A stretch of DNA of 62,695 nucleotides, counting the filler. It is 9 parts of 9 records of this genome, joined end to end, with 100 filler letters (N's around TTAATTAATTAA, not from the genome) between each part and the next. Parts side by side here need not be neighbours in the genome. Positions count along the whole stretch, not along the records: positions 6,548 to 17,475 come from SRR31147125_165751; positions 17,576 to 23,472 come from SRR31147125_165898; 7 more parts are not named here. One strand, given 5' to 3'. The translations under genes were made by a program, and so were the position numbers. The notes beneath the pieces were generated by a model, which made no database searches, was not told the origin of the DNA, and worked only from the letters and a program-made list of their open reading frames with translations. Shown one piece after another: positions 11,701 to 23,572 of the stretch (position 1 is its first letter; each line of letters starts with the position of its first letter).

Positions 11701-13887
11701 TCGGCTCTGCCGAAAAAGAGGTGAAAGTGGCGGCTCCCATGGTGGTCCAGATTGCCATGCCCCGCTTTCTCTCCATGGGGGATCGCAGTCAGCTGCTTTT
11801 TGATCTGCACAATTTGAGCGGCATGGATCAGGCGGTGGATGTGACCATTGACACGGGATCTCCGGTGAAGATCGTTGGAAAAACTGCCCATCAGATCACA
11901 TTGAAAGATGGAGAGAAGAGGCACATCACCGTGCCTGTTCTCGGTGAACAGAAAATCGGACGTGCTTCCATTCGCTGCACCGTCGATGGAGTGATGACAC
12001 CGGAAGGGGAGACGCGGCGTATCGTGAAAAAGTGGTTTCTTGAGACCCGGCCGGCCTATCCGGCGTTGACAAGCAGCTGGAGAAAAACATTGAAACCGGG
12101 TGAGCGATTTGACATGACCGCTGAAATAAATTTTGAAACGCATGAAAAAGGAGCTGTAAAAACAGATTTGATTGACGATACCGTCACGGTGCAGGCCGGA
12201 CTCAGCGCGTTCCCCCCCATCAACATTTCCGAACATGTCAGGTATCTCAATGCGTATCCTTACGGCTGCCTGGAGCAGACCACCAGCGGCATTTATCCCC
12301 ATGTTCTGATTGGATCTGCCGATTTTGCCGCCCTTGGGATCAAGTCACAAAATGACAGGCAGCGGATGGAAAAGGTGGTTCTGGGTATCCAACGTCTGTT
12401 GGAAAAGCAAAAATCCACCGGCGGATTTGGTCTGTGGCAAGCCGATGACCTTGAAGATTATTGGCTGACGGCCTATGTCACCGATTTTCTACTCAACGCA
12501 CGGGAAGCGGGATATACGGTGCCGGTGGATGCCCTCTCCAAAGCGTTGGATCGACTGCTCGTTTATGTGCGAAGGGGAGGCACCGTTAAAGCAATGTATT
12601 ACGCCGATTCAAAACATTATCCTGCAGCGGTGAGGGCATATGCCGCCATGGTGCTGGCTCGGGTCCGGAGTCTGACGCTCGGCGATGCCAGATCTCTCTA
12701 TCGGGCCGTCAAGGATGATCTCAAAGGGCCGCTGGGAGCGGTTCAGGCGGGAATCGCCCTCTATCTTGCCGGAGATCACACCTTGGCAGCCGAGGCCTTT
12801 GACAACGCCATCCAGATCCAAAGAGAAGAGAATCGATATTACGGCGATTACGGCAGTCAAGTCCGGGATGCGGCATTGGCGTTCTATCTGCTTCAAACCC
12901 ACTGTCCAGGCTATGGCAATACGAACAATACCAGCCATACACCAGGCCTTACCGGAGGCTTTAAAGAGGCGTCTCGGTTTCTGTTTCAGTTGAACGATGG
13001 GCTTGCTCAAAGACGATGGCTCAGCACTCAGGAACGAAATGCATTGGTCATGGCCGGGGCGTCGATCATCAGGGAGAGAGGAAAAATGTGGGAGGCAGCC
13101 GTACGTGTCGGGCAGTCCGCGCATCCGGCGTCATACCGAGCGGTGTCACATCAAGGGGCGTCAGGCCCATCCGACACTCAGTCATTCGGGAAAACGGTTG
13201 ATCTTAAAGGTGACCGCTTGCGTCAAGTGATCTATTCCGGGCCGGAGGCGGCTGCCGGGTTCGCCATCACCAACACCGGGAAGCATGATCTTTTCATTGA
13301 TGTGGCCATGAATGGGTATCCCGCCCAAAAGCCGGATGTGGAAAGCCGCGGGGCTTCGATTCAACGACGCTATCTATCCATGGATGGCAATACACTGGCA
13401 CGGGAACTCTTCCATATAAAGGGGGAACGGTTTCTCAACGTTCTTTTGAAACATCTGATGGGGGGATTCCCCCGAAAGGCTGACCCCCTCCGAAAGGCTA
13501 ACCAGTGGTCGAAGAATGATTGTCGAGCTTCGATTTCGTGCAGATGAACGGCTTCCCAACGGCCTTGTGGTGGATCTGCTTCCCGCCTGCCTGGAGTTGG
13601 AAGATCCGTCTTTGGCCGGAAGTAGTGCCATTGACGAGATTAAAGTGGATGGCACAACCATATCGAAATGGCATAAAAAGGCAAATATTTTATATACGGC
13701 CTATCGTGATGATCGGTTTGCCGCAGCGGTCAATATTGAAAGGGAGACGGAGTATCGGCTCTTCTATGCCGTTCGTGCGGTGACGCCGGGAGAATTTCTG
13801 GTGCCCCCGCCGTTGATCGAAGATATGTACCGTCCCTACATCAGGGGGATTGGAAATGCGGTGGCGCTGATGCCGGTGGAAAAATGA
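8718..13887 (+). CDS. Bacterial alpha-2-macroglobulin (YfhM-like), one gene split by about four frameshifts
   Basis: SDLGLH, YGPRDLYRPGE, EFLPERM, RPDR..L.LDK..Y.PG, LAAVD.GVL, RFGGD, IPDFNG, thioester YPYGCLEQ (12255-12278), STGGFGLW, LSTQE, VDLLPACLELE, RAVTPG...PP..EDMYRP. Shifts near 10640, 11430, 11550 and 13460. Confidence 0.93.
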
Positions 13888-16800
13888 TATATCTCTATAG
13901 CAGTAACCGGCTTGAATTACTGGCTGAAAAACTTGCCGGGGGGTTGAGTAAAAGTAAAAGAAAAGATGACCCTGGTGACGTCGATGGGAAGAGTCGTCAT
14001 CGTAACGATAAAGGATTTTGCCTGACAGCGTTCACACCGGACCTCGTTGTGGTGCAAAGTCAGGGCATGGAGCGGTGGGTGAAGCTCCGGATTGCCGAGC
14101 ACAACGGCGTTTGCGCCAATCTCCATTGTCCGTTTCCAAAAGCGTTTCTGATGGAGTGTCTGGAGAAGAGCATTGGCGTTCCCGATCAAAATCTCTTCTC
14201 ACGTCAGGCGCTGATCTGGAGAATATACGGGCTTTTAGGCGACAATGCCACCCTCACCCAACCGGAATTCGAACCGCTGCATCGATACATCGGAGATGGG
14301 CAGCGGGACTTAAAGCGGTATCAGCTGGCCGAAAAGCTGGGAACGCTTTTTGATCAGTATCTGACATTCCGCCCGGCAACCATCATGGCGTGGTCGGGCT
14401 ATGACGTCAGACAGATTCCTTTTTCAGATCCGGTCCTCTTTCGATCCGCTGTTCCCGATGGAGAGATGGGGGGACGGGCAGACCCTCAAAGTGAGTGTGG
14501 GGCATCCGGACCGCTTTACTCCCATGGAAACCCACGCAACGTGGCAGCACCTGCTGTGGCAGAAGCTCTACACCGATGCACCGGGTGGGACGTTGCTGAA
14601 TCGGGTGGCGGAGTTCCTCTTTTCAGATATCACCCAATGGCAACACGTGTTGCCCGGCGAAGTCCACCTGTTCGGCATGTCCAGCATTCCCCTTCAGTTC
14701 ATGCTTTTTTTCGAGAAATTATCTCAGATTGCTGATGTGCATCTCTACTATCTCTCCCCTTGTCGGGAGTTTTGGGAAGATTGCGTCAAAGAGAAGACCA
14801 AGCTCATTCTGGATATCAAGTCCGGCGATGCCGATATGGCAAGAATGGAAGATCTCTATTGGGAAGTGGGGAACCCTTTGCTCTCCTCCATGGGAATTTC
14901 AGCCAGAGATTTTTCAAGAGCCGTCACCGGTATCGAGGGGGCAGTGATGGCAACGGATCAAAGCGAGATGTTCACGCCCTCACTGACTGACGATGAAGCA
15001 AAACGGCTGACGTCCGAGTTTATTGAAAAAGCAAAAGAGAATGTCGGGTTGTTCGATGCGTTTGATGTGGAACATCGGTTAAAGACTTATTCGGCCGCAA
15101 ATCTGCTTCACCGAATTCAGAATGATATTCTTTTTCTGAGAGACACATCATCAAACGTCCGGGACTCCCGGGAATCGGCATCAACAGAACACTCAAAAGT
15201 CCATTTCGATGATGAAAGCATTGCCGTCCACGTGTGCCACTCCCGGATGCGGGAGGTGGAGGTCCTCTTTGATCAGCTGCTGAATATGATGGCAAAAGAC
15301 AGCACCCTTCATGCCGGGGATATCCTGGTCATGACGCCGGATATCGCCCAGTGCGCCCCCTACATCAAAGCGGTGTTCGATACCCCTGAAACACCGGAGA
15401 TGAAAATCCCCTACAGTATTGCCGATCGAATGCCGGGACAGGAAAACCCGGTCGCTTCGGCATTTTTGAAGCTCGTTAAATTGCATCAAAGCCGCTTTAC
15501 CGCTGTGGATGTCCTGGACATTCTTCGGGTGGAGGCGGTGCACACCCGATTTGGCCTGGATGACGCCGGGCTGGAGTTGATTTATCGCTGGATCGATGAG
15601 AGCGGCATCCGATGGGGCATTGACAAGGCGTTCAAGGAAGAGGTCGGTCTGCCGGGACATCATCAGAACAGCTGGCGATTCGGATTTGACAGGATGCTCA
15701 TGGGATATGCCGTTCCCCAAAATCAAGGCGTTGTCCATTCGGTGCTGCCCCTGGATATCGAGGGGAACGATGCCGAGATTACCGGACGATTCATGGGCTT
15801 TTTCGATCAGCTCTCCCGGTGTGCCGAAGAAATCCGGGGATTGGCGCGGAAAAGTGAGATGGCGACAGCGGATCGACGCGTGAAAAAAAATGTGAACATT
15901 TGTGAGCCCGGGAAAGAGGCAGAGGGAGAGGAGAAGAGGACGGCGGCAGTATCCGGAATGGAGATGTCCGGCATGGAAGATATCGAAATGGGTAGCAAAA
16001 TGGATATTGAAATGGATGCGTGGGAATCACTATTTACCAGGGTGCTGTCCGGCTTTTTCGAGGAAACGCCGGATACCGAGGGCGACATCCATGATGTCCG
16101 CACTGCCGTCAATCAGCTCTTCGATACCATTCGCGAGAGCGGCTATTCCGGTACGGTGGGATTGGATGCATTGTTGTGCGATCTGGAAGCGCGACTACAG
16201 GATGACTCCGGTGCCCGGGGATTTCTCCACGGAGGCGTCACCTTTTGTCGATTTCGTCCCATGCGAAGCATTCCGGCCCGGGTGATCTGTCTCATCGGTA
16301 TGGATGAGGGGGCCTATCCCCGGCAGCAGCGAAAAGCCGGATTCGATCTCATGGCGGCTGCACCGCTTCCTGGAGATAACTCCGGTCGGACCGAAGAGCG
16401 CTATCTGTTCCTGGAAGCGCTGCTCTCTGCAAAGGACACGCTTTATATCAGTTATGTGGGACGAAGCATCAAGGATAACGCATCCATGCCGCCGTCCATT
16501 CTGGTGTCGGAGCTGCTTTCCTATATTGGGGATGCCGGCCGAACTCTGATTGTCGAGCATCCGCTTCAGCCCTTTAGTCATCGGTATTTCGATGGATCGG
16601 ATCCTCGGTTGTTCAGCTTTTCAACGGCTTATCGTAAAGGCGCGGAGGCGATATTACCGGGAGCTAAGAGAGATATCGATGGGAATGAGAAAAAAATGGG
16701 AGACGTCGCGAGACAACCGTCGGCAGAGCTGGAAACAAAAACAGATGTAAATGGAAAAACCGATGCAAATGCAGATCCGGGTTCAGATGAAAAAGCAGAT

Positions 16801-17475
16801 GCAAAGGCGGATTCGAATAGTGATATAGATGTGGATGCCGCGCCTAAATTATCCGCTCCCTCCTCTTCTGAAACGCTCCACTTACATCTGGAAAGCCTGA
16901 TGGGCTTTATCAACAACCCGGCCCGATTCTATTTGAGGGATATGCTGAATATCCGCTTGCAGCAGGAAGAGCCGACTCAACCGGAGATCGACGAGCCCTT
17001 TGAGTGGCAGAATAGAGCGTTTTTCCGAGATAGTGCGGCGGTCGATCAAATGATCATGGAAACGGCATTTCCCGATTTTGATCGACACTATCAGGACAAT
17101 CTTGCCGCCGGAACCATGCCCATGGGGTTTATGGAGAAGCGTCGATTTGAGGCCTACTTCAATGAATTGACCCAATTTTCGGAGAGCGTGAAAAGCCAAA
17201 AGAAGAAAAGGTCAATGCGCCATGTTCTTTTTCAACGGCATTGAAGATCAATATCTTAGATGGCTTAGGGTTGGGTGGGAAAAATGGGGGAAACGCAGTG
17301 GACGTGCTGTTGGATGGGACCATTGCCGGGTATTATCCGGGATTTGGCGTGATCAACTACCGATATTCCGGAACCAAAGAGCGAATCTATCTACAAAGCT
17401 GGATTGAAGGACTGGTTCTAACATGCAGTGATATTCCATGCGAGAATCTTATCATTATCCATCGGGGGGCAAAAA
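13884..17475 (+). CDS. recC: Exodeoxyribonuclease V gamma subunit (two frameshifts, 3' truncated)
   Basis: SNRLELL, VQSQGMERW, LFDQY, WQHLLW, GNPLLSSMG, CHSRMREVEVL, DILVMTPDI, SGIRWG, PMRSIPARVICLIGM, RYLFLEALLSA, HPLQPFS. Confidence 0.93.
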
Positions 17476-17575
17476 NNNNNNNNNNNNNNNNNNNNNNNNN
17501 NNNNNNNNNNNNNNNNNNNTTAATTAATTAANNNNNNNNNNNNNNNNNNNNNNNNNNNNNNNNNNNNNNNNNNNN
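17476..17575. other. Artificial contig spacer
   Basis: N-run with TTAATTAATTAA. Confidence 0.99.
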
Positions 17576-17595
17576 CACACACACACACACACACA
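17576..17595. repeat. (CA)n microsatellite at contig end
   Basis: Direct reading. Similar repeats end other eukaryotic contigs: 23450-23472 (CA), 34484-34510 (AAC), 51047-51075 (TGGA), 57011-57035 (GAT), 57136-57159 (GT), 62672-62695 (GTT). Confidence 0.95.
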
Positions 17596-20500
17596 AACAA
17601 ACACAGCATCTTGTTCACCTTTCCTTGTTCTGAAGTAATTTCCGGATCTCTATGATATCCCCGCCTATCGCATCCACGCGTGACGCAAGCTGAACAACAC
17701 CCGAATGAGTCAAGGACATTCCTTGCATTCTCCTTCAACATACCTCTTTCATGCTGTCCTCTTCTTTCAATGTCGTGTCCAAACTCATTGCCTTGTGGAG
17801 TGGAACCCAAGAGGTATCGTTTTCGGCCAGCTGTCACCCCACCACCACCACCACCCGTCACTCCATTGTCCCTTCTTATCAGTGGATCAGTGGTTGGACT
17901 CACCAGATCGTGAACGTATTGCTCCGCCCCATTGAACTCCGTCCGATCCCGTAATCGCAGGTAGACCATGAAGTTCAAGTAGCTCCACATGTTGTGTTCC
18001 AACTTAATATGGCGTTCGAACCCTATGTGGGCAAGAACACATTACAAAAGGAGTACAAGACCAGACCACGAACCGTCGCCTTCACGATCAAAGGTAAATC
18101 GGTCAATATTGCACATGAAACAATGGTTTCGAATATCGTCCTCTTGCACATTCCTCTGATCTCTCAAGTCTTACGAGACGATACACATGGGTAAGCGAAA
18201 CAGACTCTCCACACAAAACTCGACGCACCCGCAAACGTGTCAATGATGATACCAAAGATGATGTTGAGCAGAATAATGATGACAATGAAGAAGAACAACA
18301 TGTCATAGGCAAACCGTACAAAGTAGGGTCCCTTGTCATCTTCCGTGATAGGCGGTTGGAAGAGGACATCGCCTATCCCACCACCATTTCGCAACCTGCC
18401 AACGGTGGAGATGAGCGGATACGGTCGCCACAGATAGCGCCAAACCCCTGATTAAACGTCGTGAAGAAGCACTCGAGCATTGTATCGCATGACCACTCTT
18501 CATTCACCAAGTCCACTTCAAAAAGAAAGTAGAACCTGAGGCAACCCCATCCATGAGGGCCATGAGGGATGAATGGACCGTGGCAAGCCTTACCGCAAGA
18601 AATGGAAGGCCACAATACTGAAATAGTAAATGATGATCACACCCAGGAACGCCTGAGAAGGTGTGTCAGGCACACTACTGGGCATTTGGGGTTACGCACC
18701 GTCATGAGAAGTGACTTTCCGTTGTAGGTCACGGCGCGAATCACGTTCTTCAGCGTTTCACTCCGTACAACAACATCCACCTTGGGCGTGTATTGTGTCA
18801 TTCAAGAGACAAACACTACAGGAATAACACAAACCAGGTGAAATGCAAAGAAAAAGGCCGACACAAAGTTGCCCATCAGAGTGAATGCAACATACACCAC
18901 GTAATACAGCATGGTCGGGTCAAGAAGACAAAAGTATACGTGCAAGACAATATTCAACAGGGCTCCTACGTTCCGTGTTGCTTGTCCAACCAGTGCATTC
19001 CCTGTTTGTGCATGAGAATGGGGTGGTAAGAAAAGCAGAAAGCACACACCAACGGAGAGGGGATTGAGTTTTGCTAACACAGGCTTCTTCTCGTCCATAT
19101 CAAAGTCAAGATCGACGTCTCCATCCTGTGCTTCCTCCTAAGACAAAAGACTCCGTTAGCGTGGCAAGTGAAATCGATCCGTACTTGCTCCTGTGCCGCT
19201 CGTCCGCCCAAAGGTTTCCTGTTATGGCCCCCAGCGTTTGAATCCCGCTGCCACAATGAGGGGGCCATAATTGACATAATAGAAGAGAAGACTCAGAAGG
19301 CTGGCTGCCGTCTGACCGATGACATCAGATCCAACGTCCGCCGTACACAGAATCCGTCCGTACTTGGAAAAATCCAAGGATTCGAATAATGGTATTGGGT
19401 GTTCCGTCGATGGTCACGTCCTCCAGTGGACCACTGAAGAACAATAGCATCACACCCTCATCAACAATAGTGATAGTTTATACGTACTGTGGGACGTTTG
19501 TATCCGGCGCTTCGAAGAAGACAAGAATAAGAATGTTGATGGCAAAGGCCAGCAAAAGCGAAAAGTCGCGGACATGATGGTTGTGGCGTGCCAGAAACGG
19601 AAGGATGGGGTACTTTGAAATCTGGCAAGGACTCCGTCGTGGGTTGTCTGCGCACACCACACCTCGCGCACCCTTTCTTGGTGAACCATCTCGTCCATCA
19701 TGGCATCAGATGCCTTGATGAATTCTTCGACCTTCTGATCAGGACTCTCCCTGAATCCGAGCGTCAATGCACTACCTGCTGCTCCTCCTCCTCCTCTTCG
19801 TGTGTAGAACACACCTGGGAACGGTGTAGATGAATTTCATCATCGTTGTATGTGTCAGGTGGTCGGAAATGGGAGGCACAACAAAGTACACCTGGGAAAA
19901 CCTCTAAGCCCTCACGACTCGTCGTGAACACCCCTTACCCTCTCAAGATGTTCATCCTTGACTACTTCGATAGATCCCACAGCCTTTTGGAAGAATTTGT
20001 AAGGATTGACACTTGAGTCTGTTCCGCCAAAGTCCTTCTTTCGTTTTTGGGGATCTACGGCATCCCTCCACTGACATCGAAAACGGGTCACATGCATAGC
20101 ATGTTTGGAATGTTTCGCACCGATGAATCAAAGTCTTCGAGCATTCGAACAAGGATATAGATACGGAAACCAAGTTCCATGAATGGGTGACGATCATCAT
20201 CCGGCAACAACTTTGCATCTTCATAGTTCGTCTCCAATTCTGGCAGCTGTGCGAAATTGTGATACACCCCCACCCCCATACACTCACGCACCATCGCGTT
20301 TAGCGGAAGAGATGCTACAATCTGCCGATGAACTCTCTTGTCTTGCCGTCCCTCGAGTAGACTCGAAAGGACTGTGACGGTCTCTCTCTAGAAAAAGGAA
20401 TAAGGAATCGTTTCAGCTCCCCAACACACACACACACACACACGCCGAGACAAACCTTCATCTTCTGTATGAGAAGTTTGTTGGTGAGTTCACGTGGAGT

Positions 20501-23472
20501 AAACGGGGATCGTAGAATCCGGGCACACGAATCATAAATCTTGGAGGCCCCTATCAGTGTCTGTATCGCATCGCGCACAGGGCGTGTCAGGAGAGAGATC
20601 GATTATTCACAACCGTCTCATCCATCGTACTTGATTATCTGGACAGCCTTGGACATATTCTGTGATCGTTTGCAAGGTTTGAATGCAAATTTCGACGTTT
20701 GTGTAGTGTACGTGACGATCTAGAGCACCCAGAAAACCCAAGGTATCGGTGATGAGATCAAACGAACGACCACTCTGTTTCTGGTTTCGTAGATAATCCT
20801 TTGACAATCTTCTAAGAACACAAACCAACCAAGTCGATGCATTCGGTACGTACTTGCATCTGGGTGTTGTGACCTTCGCAGAACAACTGCAACAAACGAA
20901 GCACATAAATGACACCCGACTCACGGAAGGAATGGGACCTTTGCATCTCTGGGGAGCTTGACTGGTGAAAGTGGAAGGGATGAGAGCGAGGAGGGGATAG
21001 TCGAAACCGAGATGCGCACGTCATCGTCATACTGTTGTTGCTGTAGGGAAGTCATCTCCACGCCAGCTTCGTCCTGAAAACTCTTCCGCCTTCCAAAGAA
21101 GCTTCCGGATCTGCGTGGAGATCCGACCATACGTGCCAGGCTATCTTGCCGTAATCTTGGCACGGAGTATCAGCAATCTCAATACTGTACACACAACATG
21201 GACGTACATGAGACGGCGCTTCTTCCGCATTTTGAATGCCTACCACACCGATCGAGGTGAGGAGAGAGAAAGAGAAAGGGCACACAATTCACCTTCAATC
21301 GACGCTTCTCTGTCATGGCCTCAGTGGCCGCCAGCCTTAGGCGCTGCCTCATTTCATAGAAGAAGTCTTCTTCGCCCGTTTCCACAAAGAACTCGTAGAG
21401 TGTATTCTAGGAGGGATCACCACCACCCACCCACAAAGCGTCTGGCGGCTACACACCTGAACAGTACGGTTTCCCCCTTCCAGCAAGGCAATACACAGTT
21501 TCAACGCATGAATCGTAAGCTTGTTGAGGCGATTCTTCTTGATAATGTCCAGTGCCTTGTCTGTTGTGTGAGTCCCGCGTCCTTCGCCTACACATTCCAT
21601 CTGCCGTACCATAAGTGTACATCCGAGTTTGTCCAATTTGTTCTGCATGGCCTCCATCTTGACTGGTTCATCTTGGTACACGGTCACCATCGTACTCAAC
21701 ATGTTAAGGAGATTAACAGCTGTCCACTCATCGATACGATCAAAGTGGTGCCTGAACCGGGGTGAACAACATCATTGTACTCCGAACAACACCCGTTCTC
21801 ACCGCAAGTGTACGAGCACTCGTTGGGTAACGTCAATATCGGTTGCGGCAAGATCCTCCTTGATGAACTTCTTAACCATCCATCGAAATTCATCGTCGAA
21901 TTCCTCCCTCACAAATGGATCATCGGAGAAACTACTCACAAAGAGCCTGATAGAATGTCAGAGCGGGAGAGGGAGCACGAGGGGATGTACCTGTATCGAT
22001 CTGTCATTCCCTCGGTGAGTGCATTCTGTTGCCGTCGTGGCATGAAGTGAATATCAAACTTGTGCATTGCCTTCGTATCTGTCCGTCATATTGTGCTAGT
22101 TCCTTCATTGCACGCACAGTCAACAATCCTTTGTCTTGCATAACGTGAAGACATCGCACAAGGCCTTCACCCTGACGCTCACTCATGGGAGGCGGGCTTT
22201 CGTGTAAATGTGACAGTTCACTTGCCACGGTCATCGCACGAGCCCGTTCTTCACTGAATAAAACAAATATCAGTACTCCTTCCCAATTCATTCGTACGTA
22301 CTCAGAGCATTCCTCTTGTTTGAAGTGCTTGTGGAAGAATGCAGTGAGCATGGGAATGACAGTATCAAGAAAGAGCTCTTGATTGCTTCGTGTGGCCTCA
22401 TCGACACTATGGAGACAGACTATCACAATGTGCATTGTGTGCACATTCCACCCTTGTTTGCTCACGTCTGAGGATATTGGCGGATCGCAGTTACTTGACG
22501 CAGGAAGTCATCAATCAAGTTCCACATCTCTACGTTGTGTGAAAGATTGGCTGTCAACACGTCGGCATCCACATAACACTGTCGGTGCCATTTTCCATGG
22601 GCAGGAGGAAACCAAACAGTTAATAGGTTGCGAACCTCTGTCATGAAGTGAAGGAAAGCTTTCGCCACGTCCTCCACTGTACGTGGGTGACGGATGATCT
22701 GCAACAGTTCGTCCAACTCAAAAAGGCCCCGACACTTGGATTCCGATACACCTACCCAGACAGACGTAAGAGAACAACGTACAAGGAGAAGCCAGAAGCC
22801 CATACAAACCATTCTTTGAGGAACAGCACTTGGCAAGCAAATGAAGCAACGCAACATGATAGTTCAAGGGGGACTTCAGGTCAATGATATCACCACGGTC
22901 CATGGCGTCGAGTCTGTCCGCACACACGTCAAACTCCCATGAGGACCTCTCCCGCGCACCTCTTCTTGAAACCCTCCTCGCCATCGTAGAGAACCATAGT
23001 CTTCTTGAAGCGACCGGCATCGAAAAGGGCCTTTACGACCATATTCTGATTCCTGCGAATGGCTTCCCCATCCACTTCCACGATCGCATCCATAAATCCA
23101 AGATAACGGGCCTTGGGTCCACGATTGACGACCACGTTTGCAATCATGGCCACAACGTCTTCCTTCACCTAGAGGACGATCCGTCAACCTTGTGCGGCGA
23201 CATTCAATACGTACAACCTACCCTTCGGCACAGGGACCGATTCCCGCGCACAATGTCCGTAAGCATCTTGGCGACTCGAAGGTCTTCCCCCAGAAACGAT
23301 TTGAAGCTGGCCGCTTCCTTTGTTAGAGATACAGAAGAGGAGACGGAGAGAAAAACGAGCGCACATATCGATCCGGTCAAAAAGAATCTCTTGGTTGTCT
23401 TTGTTATCGTGTACCCACTTATGTTACTACCGTTAGAGGGATCACGCACGCACACACGCACACACACACACA
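17576..23472 (-). CDS. Eukaryotic IP3-receptor/ryanodine-receptor family Ca2+ release channel, multi-exon, partial at both ends
   Basis: Spliced exons give RIH-associated motifs ([27 protein letters not shown]), GSIEVV..LERV, pore [64 protein letters not shown]. Confidence 0.93.
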
Positions 23473-23572
23473 NNNNNNNNNNNNNNNNNNNNNNNNNNNN
23501 NNNNNNNNNNNNNNNNTTAATTAATTAANNNNNNNNNNNNNNNNNNNNNNNNNNNNNNNNNNNNNNNNNNNN
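23473..23572. other. Artificial contig spacer
   Basis: N-run with TTAATTAATTAA. Confidence 0.99.
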
